Assembly: GCA_030638455.1 (NCBI GenBank)
Contig: DAOWEP010000023.1
Coordinates: forward strand, 1-32,301
DNA: 32,301 bases
Origin: Gammaproteobacteria bacterium
GTDB taxonomy: Bacteria; Pseudomonadota; Gammaproteobacteria; DAOWEP01
Direction of reading: 5' to 3'
Under the pieces are notes generated by a model. The model did not search any database. It was not told the origin of the DNA and worked only from the letters and a program-made list of their open reading frames with translations. Below, one piece after another: positions 18,353 through 25,305 of the stretch (its first letter is position 1; each line of letters opens with the position of its first letter). Position numbers and translations under genes: made by a program.

Positions 18353-19879
18353 ATGGATTATAAGCAGTTATTGAATGAAGATTTCGACGCTGAGCTGGAA
18401 AATCGTATTAATATGCGCACGCTACAATTAGCTGCGAAAAATGAAGAATTAAATGAAAAAATAGTTGAGTTAGAGCAAGTACGTCAACAGCAAGGAGTTT
18501 GGTCAGAGGCGCAGATGTGGGTCAACGAAGCGCAGCAATTGCTGTCCACAGAGGGTGATGTCCAGCGTTTCTATGAGAAAGTCGTTTATCATGCAATGTT
18601 ACTTACGCGAGCAAAATACGGTGCCTATATCTCATTTGATGGGACAGGAAAATTGATTGAATCTGTTGAGCAAGGGACTGAAAATAATTCGCCCCGGAAC
18701 ATTGAAAACCTTATATCTGATATTAGTAAATTCTTGAGCAAGGGAGAGCATGTTCAGGCAGGCGAGCATAATGAGAAGCCTGTCCCGATTTCTTTATTGT
18801 CCATTAGGGTAGCAAATGAAGAGCTGGCAATGTTCCCTTTGTATCAGAAGGGCGCCCTGAAGATAATCATTTTATTGGGTAATAAAAAGGACGACGAGTT
18901 ATTTGATATTCATGATGAGATGGCGCTTCGGTTTTTTGTAAGCCAGGTAGATGGTGCGCTTGAACGACAAAAATTAATTGATGCCTTGAAATGTGGACAT
19001 GAAGAATTAAAGCATAAGCACGAAGAGCAGTGTGTATTGGTCAATAAATTGCAGGAAGCTCAGGGGCAGATTTTACAATCGGAAAAGATGGCTTCCATAG
19101 GGCAGCTTGCTGCGGGTGTTGCACACGAGATTAATAATCCAATTGCTTTTGTCTTTTCAAATATGAATGCAATGCAGAAATATGTTGGTGATTTGCTCAA
19201 GGTGTTAGAGGTCTATGAACAAGCTGATCCGTTTTTAGAACAAAATAAAGAAATATTTAGCAATATTCAGCAGGTTAGAGGTCAGGCAGAGCTGGAATAT
19301 CTGAAAGAAGATATCTCTGTGCTGGTAAATGAGTCTAGAGATGGGTTGGTGCGTGTCAAACAGATCGTTCAGGATTTAAAGGATTTTTCTCATGTTGATG
19401 AAGCTGAGTGGCAATGGGTAGATCTGCATCAGTGCTTGAACAGTACATTGAATATCGTTAATAACGAAATCAAGTACAAGGCCGAAGTGATGAAAGAATT
19501 TGGTGATTTACCGAAAGTTGAATGTATGGCTTCACAACTCAACCAGGTGTTTATGAATCTACTGATAAATGCCTCTCATGCCATTGAGAAAAGAGGCTCT
19601 ATTATTATTCGTACACGGTTGGAAGATGAGTGGGTATGTATAGAGATTATAGATACGGGCAGGGGGATTGAACCTGCGCATATGAACCGCTTGTTTGAGC
19701 CATTTTTTACGACTAAACCTGTAGGCATTGGAACAGGTCTGGGATTATCACTGTCATATGGCATTGTAAATAAGCATGGTGGTCATATAGATGTGGAGAG
19801 TAAGCCTGGCGAAGGAAGCACATTCCGGATATTGTTGCCCGTTAGGCAAGCAGAAGAAGGGGCTAAAAGAGTGGGTTGA
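18353..19879 (+). CDS. Soluble histidine kinase with coiled coil and GAF-like input (paralog 2)
   Basis: 508 aa. GAF-like FYEKVVYHAMLLTRAKYGAYISFD..IIILLGNKKD. SEKMASIGQLAAGVAHEINNPIA, NQVFMNLLINASHAI, GTGLGLSLSYG. Confidence 0.85.
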   Translation: MDYKQLLNEDFDAELENRINMRTLQLAAKNEELNEKIVELEQVRQQQGVWSEAQMWVNEAQQLLSTEGDVQRFYEKVVYHAMLLTRAKYGAYISFDGTGKLIESVEQGTENNSPRNIENLISDISKFLSKGEHVQAGEHNEKPVPISLLSIRVANEELAMFPLYQKGALKIIILLGNKKDDELFDIHDEMALRFFVSQVDGALERQKLIDALKCGHEELKHKHEEQCVLVNKLQEAQGQILQSEKMASIGQLAAGVAHEINNPIAFVFSNMNAMQKYVGDLLKVLEVYEQADPFLEQNKEIFSNIQQVRGQAELEYLKEDISVLVNESRDGLVRVKQIVQDLKDFSHVDEAEWQWVDLHQCLNSTLNIVNNEIKYKAEVMKEFGDLPKVECMASQLNQVFMNLLINASHAIEKRGSIIIRTRLEDEWVCIEIIDTGRGIEPAHMNRLFEPFFTTKPVGIGTGLGLSLSYGIVNKHGGHIDVESKPGEGSTFRILLPVRQAEEGAKRVG

Positions 19880-19881
19880 TC

Positions 19882-19983
19882 ATGAAGATATCAATCACAA
19901 AAAATCTTGTTGCGATGTTGCTCATGCCAGTGATCGGAGTATTGATTGCACTCGCCGCATATTTTCATTCCATTCATCGGTAG
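19882..19983 (+). CDS. Candidate 33-codon single-TM small ORF, or a relic of a membrane anchor
   Basis: My own translation is MKISITKNLVAMLLMPVIGVLIALAAYFHSIHR. It starts 3 nt after the upstream kinase stop. It is too short to appear in the track, has only a weak RBS, and has no other support. Confidence 0.25.
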   Translation: MKISITKNLVAMLLMPVIGVLIALAAYFHSIHR

Positions 19984-20023
19984 AGACTAACAGTGATTAT
20001 ATTATTGCTGCAGGATTTTTATA

Positions 20024-21919
20024 GTGCATAAAGAACACGAGAACACATTGATCAATGTAAGCGAAAAAACCCAGCAGCAATTGAACGCGCTGGCAAATGC
20101 AAGTGTGCGGATGGCAATGATATCAAGTGCGACGGATGTAATTCAGCAAGCTGATAACAGGTTGCAGAATGGGGGGGAGCTTGATTCTTTTTATAAAGAA
20201 ATCCTCAGTGAAGTGATGGAGGTTACTGCTGCACGTTATGGTGCATTTGTTGTTTTTGATATTGAGGGAAGTCCTTGTGGATCTGTTGCGCACGAAATTT
20301 CAGCAGGGCTTGTGGGAGGGCTTGTAGAATTCTCAGTTAGTAAGGGTATGTTTGGAGCTGAGCCTAACGAAATATCAGCAATTCGTGTTGACAATATGGC
20401 TGAGGAATCATTATCAGGAAATTGCATATCGGGTCATTCAAATATAAAAACATTGTTTATTCAGCCATTAATAATGGGTGGAGTGATGCGTGGAATTATA
20501 TATTTGGCAGATAAGAAAAGCGGTGAATCATATACAGATAGCGACGAATTTATTCTTAACATGGTCGCCAGGGATATAGTAAATATTTTAGATCGAAATG
20601 AATTATCAAAAAAAATGCACGAAGATATTGAATTACGTGAGCATGCACAAAAAGAATTAAATATGGCCAGCGCGCAGCTTCGGTATCTGGTGGAAAATAT
20701 ACCATCGGTTATCTATCGCGCGGTTCCGTCAGGTGATTTTTCTTTTACCTATATCAGTGAAAATATCCACCGTACTCTTGGGTATCACCCTATGGATGTT
20801 TTAGGAGACCCCAATTTCTGGTTTCAACATATACACCCGGATGATTTGCCGGAATTATTTCCCAGAATATCTTATCTGGTTGAAGATGGTCAGCAAACAT
20901 ATGATTATCGTTTTAAACATAAGAATGGTTCGTATCACTGGATGCATGACACAATGCGGGTAATTTATGATGCTGATAATACACCTCTCGAAATAGTAGG
21001 TTCATTGACTGATATTACAGAATTGAAACTGGCAGAGAAGGAGATCGATAAGACCAATATGGAGTTGGATGAGGCACATGAACAATTATTGCAATCAGAG
21101 AAAATGTCATCTATCGGGCAACTAGCTGCTGGAGTAGCGCATGAGATCAATAATCCAATCGCCTTTGTTTATTCCAATCTTAGTACCATGCAAAAGTATA
21201 CGCAGAAACTGCTTAATGTACTGAAAGTCTACAGTAAGGCAGAACCACTACTTGCGCAGAACGAGGAGGTTGCTAAGGAAGTTCAGCAGGTGAGAGAGCA
21301 GGCTGACCTGGATTTTCTGATAGAAGATTTACCGGAGCTTGTGCAGGAGTCACGAAATGGTTTGTCCCGTGTTAAACAGATCATTCAGGACCTGAAGGAT
21401 TTCTCACGGGTTGATCATGCTGAACTGGAATTTGTGGATTTGCACAAGGGTCTTGACAGTACATTGAATATTGCCAATAACGAGATCAAGTACACGGCGG
21501 AGGTCGTAAAGGAATATGGCGATTTGCCGCTGGTGGAGTGTCGCTCGGCACAAATCAATCAGGTGTTTATGAATCTGTTAGTAAATGCGGCCCATTCCAT
21601 TAAGGAGCATGGAGTGATTACCATAAGGACAGGAACAGAAGAAAAACTGGTATGGGTAGAGATTACGGATACAGGGAGCGGGATTGCACCTGAAAATATG
21701 AAAAAGTTGTTTGACCCATTTTTTACAACAAAACCGGTGGGCAAAGGTACTGGGTTAGGGTTGTCACTTTCTTACGGGATTGTGAATACTCACGATGGCC
21801 GAATTGAGGTAGAGAGTGAAGTTGGTAAGGGCGCTACATTCAGGGTATGGCTTCCAGTTAAGCAGGAAGACAAGCCCGATGAGCTTGATAATGAAGTGCA
21901 GGCATCTGCAATTGCCTGA
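20024..21919 (+). CDS. Soluble histidine kinase with GAF and PAS inputs (paralog 3)
   Basis: 631 aa; GTG start is uncertain. The GAF-like FYKEILSEVMEVTAARYGAFVVFD..IIYLADKKS is paralogous to that of the preceding kinase. PAS: VIYRAVPSGDFSFTYISENI..YRFKHKNGSYHWMHD. SEKMSSIGQLAAGVAHEINNPIA, NQVFMNLLVNAAHSI. Confidence 0.85.
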   Translation: MHKEHENTLINVSEKTQQQLNALANASVRMAMISSATDVIQQADNRLQNGGELDSFYKEILSEVMEVTAARYGAFVVFDIEGSPCGSVAHEISAGLVGGLVEFSVSKGMFGAEPNEISAIRVDNMAEESLSGNCISGHSNIKTLFIQPLIMGGVMRGIIYLADKKSGESYTDSDEFILNMVARDIVNILDRNELSKKMHEDIELREHAQKELNMASAQLRYLVENIPSVIYRAVPSGDFSFTYISENIHRTLGYHPMDVLGDPNFWFQHIHPDDLPELFPRISYLVEDGQQTYDYRFKHKNGSYHWMHDTMRVIYDADNTPLEIVGSLTDITELKLAEKEIDKTNMELDEAHEQLLQSEKMSSIGQLAAGVAHEINNPIAFVYSNLSTMQKYTQKLLNVLKVYSKAEPLLAQNEEVAKEVQQVREQADLDFLIEDLPELVQESRNGLSRVKQIIQDLKDFSRVDHAELEFVDLHKGLDSTLNIANNEIKYTAEVVKEYGDLPLVECRSAQINQVFMNLLVNAAHSIKEHGVITIRTGTEEKLVWVEITDTGSGIAPENMKKLFDPFFTTKPVGKGTGLGLSLSYGIVNTHDGRIEVESEVGKGATFRVWLPVKQEDKPDELDNEVQASAIA

Positions 21920-21924
21920 TATAA

Positions 21925-23262
21925 ATGGGTGCGATAATGAATAATGCAGATACCATAATACAAGAACAGACATTTTCCGAGTCACTGTTGTTTGTTGATG
22001 ATGAGGAAAGCATTCTTTCTTCATTGAAACGGCTATTTAGGCCATTGGGTTACCGCATCTTTACGGCCCAGAGCGGGGCAGAGGGGCTGGATATTATGAA
22101 AAAAGAGGAGATTGATCTGGTGGTATCAGATATGCGGATGCCTGAAATGGATGGCGCACAGTTTCTTGAAAATGTAGCGGCCAACTGGCCTAAAACAGTG
22201 CGTATTCTTCTGACAGGTTATGCAGATATTACATCCACTGTTGCAGCAATTAATAAGGGGAAAATATACAGTTATTTCAGTAAACCCTGGGAAGATAATG
22301 ACATTGCTCTGTCCATACGCCATGCGCTGAACGTAAAGGATCTGGAAGAGGAAAGAGACGGTCTCCTTGAAATGATATTGGTCAAGAATGAAAAACTGAA
22401 AGAGCTGAATGAAAGTCTTGAAGACAAGGTAGAACAGCGAACCGCAGAACTCAAGCAGGCCTTTCTCAAGCTCGAAAAGTCTCATGAGTCACTTAAAATG
22501 GGTTATTTCGCAACGGTTAAAAGTTTTTCCAGCTTGATTGAGATGCGTGAAGGTGCAGTCGCGGGTTACTCACGTCGCATTGCAGATCAGGCACGAAAGC
22601 TGGCACTGAAAATGGAGATGAGTAATGCCGATGTTCAGGATGTTCTCTATGCATCGTTACTACATGATATAGGTAAAATCGGAATGCCTGATCATCTTTT
22701 TAACAAACCATTTAATGCGCTTAGCCCTGAAGATAAAGTGACTGTCTGTAAACACCCTGTTATAGGTCAGGGAGTTATGATGGCATGGGGATCTCTGGAG
22801 GGCGTTGCAAGGATTATTCGTAGTCATCGTGAATGCTACGATGGTTATGGTTATCCGGACTCTCTGAAGGGAATAGAAATTCCATTGGGGGCAAGAATTC
22901 TATCCGTTGTAAGTGATTTTGAAGCATTAAGGATTGGGAAGCTGGCATCACAAAAGTATTCTGCTTTGGAAGCACAGGAATATCTTATCAGGCATCGTGG
23001 TAAACGATATGATCCTGATGTTGTTGACGCATTTTTGAATATGGATTCCAGTCATCAGCCAACACCACAAAATCAGGAGCTGAAGATTTCTTTAAAGTCC
23101 CTGGTGCCAGGTATGGTTCTATCAAAAGATGTGATGTTGAAAGACGGAGTACTGTTATTGTCTGAGGGCCGTATTCTAGATAAAAGAAATATCGAGGAGC
23201 TCCGGGATATGGAGAAATCTCTGAATGAGAATCTGGATATCCATGTATTAATGAAAGGGTAA
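21925..23262 (+). CDS. Response regulator: REC, HD-GYP, C-terminal LxPGxxLxxDV module
   Basis: 445 aa (alternative ATG at 21937). LLFVDDEESIL, SDMRMPEMDG, YSYFSKPW, LLHDIGKIGMPD, HRECYDGYGYPD. Confidence 0.9.
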   Translation: MGAIMNNADTIIQEQTFSESLLFVDDEESILSSLKRLFRPLGYRIFTAQSGAEGLDIMKKEEIDLVVSDMRMPEMDGAQFLENVAANWPKTVRILLTGYADITSTVAAINKGKIYSYFSKPWEDNDIALSIRHALNVKDLEEERDGLLEMILVKNEKLKELNESLEDKVEQRTAELKQAFLKLEKSHESLKMGYFATVKSFSSLIEMREGAVAGYSRRIADQARKLALKMEMSNADVQDVLYASLLHDIGKIGMPDHLFNKPFNALSPEDKVTVCKHPVIGQGVMMAWGSLEGVARIIRSHRECYDGYGYPDSLKGIEIPLGARILSVVSDFEALRIGKLASQKYSALEAQEYLIRHRGKRYDPDVVDAFLNMDSSHQPTPQNQELKISLKSLVPGMVLSKDVMLKDGVLLLSEGRILDKRNIEELRDMEKSLNENLDIHVLMKG

Positions 23263-23366
23263 TAATTCGATGTTCAGGATTCTGGTTATTAATTATGAAG
23301 GGAAAAAAGTTGGTTAGACCATGAGTGATGAAGACATACAGGACGAAGGAAGCGAGTAAAGCAGCC

Positions 23367-24041
23367 ATGTCTGAATTCAATGAAAAAAAGAACAAGATTA
23401 CACTAAAGCTGGTGTATTACGGCCCTGCGCTTAGTGGAAAGACAACGAACCTGATGAGCTTACATGACATACTTAGTCCTGAGCTTAAAGGAGAGATGAT
23501 GGTGCTGGAAACCAAGGACGACCGAACCCTGTTTTTTGATCTTTTGCCAATGGGGATTACTGCGCCATCAGGTTTGTTGATAAAACTGAAGTTGTTTACG
23601 GTGCCGGGACAAGTTGCACATGATAGTACCAGAAAAGCAGTTCTGTCACGTGCAGATGGTGTAGTGTTTGTAGCGGACTCCCAGAAAACGCAAAGCATTA
23701 ATAATGCAGAATCATTTGAAAATCTTGTAGGTAATATTGCCAGGGTAGGATTGGATATTGAAAAGCTACCATTGGTTGTTCAGTTTAATAAACGTGATCT
23801 ATCAGATATCTTGACCGAGGATGAAATTAGAACCCGCTGGAAAGACGCTCATTGGCCGTTATTATTTAGTACTGCATTGCAGGGATCTGGTGTAGAAGAG
23901 ACATTAAGTGAATTGTTATCACTTGTCTATGACGCATTGGATGAGGAGTATGGCCTTAATGAGCGGCATAATCTGGATAAGGATTTGTTTGTATCAGGTG
24001 TGACGGGTTGTGAGTTCTCAAAAGCGGTCAATGGAGGATAA
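23367..24041 (+). CDS. mglA: MglA-family Ras-like small GTPase with a roughly 35-aa C-terminal extension
   Basis: Taken from the internal ATG at 23367 (MSEFNEKK..). It matches Myxococcus MglA as I recall it. P-loop: YYGPALSGKTTN here, YYGPGLCGKTTN in MglA. Switch 1: DDRTLFFDLLP here, TDRTLFFDFLP in MglA. TVPGQV, VFVADSQ and QFNKRDL also match. Confidence 0.85.
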   Translation: MSEFNEKKNKITLKLVYYGPALSGKTTNLMSLHDILSPELKGEMMVLETKDDRTLFFDLLPMGITAPSGLLIKLKLFTVPGQVAHDSTRKAVLSRADGVVFVADSQKTQSINNAESFENLVGNIARVGLDIEKLPLVVQFNKRDLSDILTEDEIRTRWKDAHWPLLFSTALQGSGVEETLSELLSLVYDALDEEYGLNERHNLDKDLFVSGVTGCEFSKAVNGG

Positions 24042-24045
24042 AAGT

Positions 24046-25290
24046 ATGGGTTTAGAGTCTTTTAAAAGTGAACCGCTTCCTGCGTTTGACAGGGAAATGT
24101 CAATGGAAGAATTATTGGCGGGTATTGATCATGATAAATTGAGAGGAACATTGGCAAGCCTTTTAGGTGTGCCTGTATGCTTGCTTAATGAAGACGAGGA
24201 TGTAGTGTTAGGGTATAAGCTTGGACCATCCTGTAAACGTGCGCCGATTCATTCTGATATGGAGATCATTGGTTACCTTGAAGCAGGGGAAATAGATGAT
24301 GAAGCCCTTGAGTCGGCAGTATGTTTTATTGAATTACTATTAAAGAATTCGGAACGTTATTTAATGGCTTCAAATCTTCATTTGCAGGCGGTAAATGAAG
24401 ATTTTGAGAAGCTGAAAAAGAAGCATGAGGCATTAGTGGAGTCAGAAGGTCGTTATAAGGAGCTTTCAGAAAATCTTGAGCAACGTGTTCAGGAGCAGGT
24501 CAAGACTATTGATCTTGCCCGGAGACAGATTTATCAATCAGAAAAACTGGCATCAGTAGGACAGCTGGCGGCAGGCGTGGCGCATGAAATTAACAATCCG
24601 ATAGGTTTCATGAGAAGTAATCTTAATACAGCACAATCCTATCTTGAAAAACTAACGGTATTTTCAGAGAAGTTGGTAGAGGAGAATAATGAGAGAGATT
24701 TGTTGCGTATATGGAATGAAATGGAACTGGACTACGTCATCAAGGATTTCAACGAAATGATGGAAGAGACAATTGATGGAGCCGTGCGTATTGCGAAAAT
24801 CGTAAGTGATTTAAAAGGGTTTTCAAATGTAGATGCAAATGAAGAGGAGGTAATCGATATAAATCAGTGTGTCCGCAGGGTGTGTGACATTGTATCTGGT
24901 AAGGATGAAAGGCATGCGGTACAGATACGAGGTTTTGAGGGTTGCCCGCCTGTACGATGTCGGGTGGGAGAGCTTGGTCAGGCATTACTGAATATATTAT
25001 TAAATGCAGAGCAGGCAATTAAGGGCTCTGGGAATATTTATGTGCAAACCTCATGTGAGGACGACAGGATATGTATTTCTATTGTCGATACTGGAGTCGG
25101 TATGACCAATGAAGTATTGGAGCGCGCGTTTGAGCCATTTTTTACAACTCGTGATGTAGGTAAAGGAGCAGGACTTGGTCTTACTGTCAGTCGAGATATC
25201 GTACAATCACATGATGGAGAAATATCAATAGAGAGTGAAGTGGGTAACGGCACCACCGTGAAAGTCTGGCTACCTGTGGCCAAGGATTAG
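24046..25290 (+). CDS. Soluble histidine kinase with an unassigned roughly 110-aa N-terminal domain (paralog 4)
   Basis: The ATG at 24046 lies 7 nt after GGAGGA (24033-24038), and the mglA stop lies between them. The track GTG at 24010 overlaps mglA. SEKLASVGQLAAGVAHEINNPIG, LLNILLNAEQAI, DTGVGM, GAGLGLTVS. Confidence 0.85.
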   Translation: MGLESFKSEPLPAFDREMSMEELLAGIDHDKLRGTLASLLGVPVCLLNEDEDVVLGYKLGPSCKRAPIHSDMEIIGYLEAGEIDDEALESAVCFIELLLKNSERYLMASNLHLQAVNEDFEKLKKKHEALVESEGRYKELSENLEQRVQEQVKTIDLARRQIYQSEKLASVGQLAAGVAHEINNPIGFMRSNLNTAQSYLEKLTVFSEKLVEENNERDLLRIWNEMELDYVIKDFNEMMEETIDGAVRIAKIVSDLKGFSNVDANEEEVIDINQCVRRVCDIVSGKDERHAVQIRGFEGCPPVRCRVGELGQALLNILLNAEQAIKGSGNIYVQTSCEDDRICISIVDTGVGMTNEVLERAFEPFFTTRDVGKGAGLGLTVSRDIVQSHDGEISIESEVGNGTTVKVWLPVAKD

Positions 25291-25305
25291 TAAAGAGAAA
25301 ATATT

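Noticed and set aside
19791-20024. 77-aa track ORF spanning the kinase 3-prime end and the intergenic gap
   Set aside because: Its first 89 nt (19791-19879) overlap the end of the 18353-19879 kinase in another frame, and the remainder has no features. The short TM ORF in a different frame is reported instead, at low confidence.
24046-24380. Calling the kinase N-terminal domain an MglB/Roadblock-like or PocR-like domain
   Set aside because: There are only vague pattern resemblances (LLGVPVCLLNEDEDVVLG; APIHSDMEIIGYLEAG). The call cannot be supported without profile or structure comparison, so it is listed as a test under the mglA finding instead.
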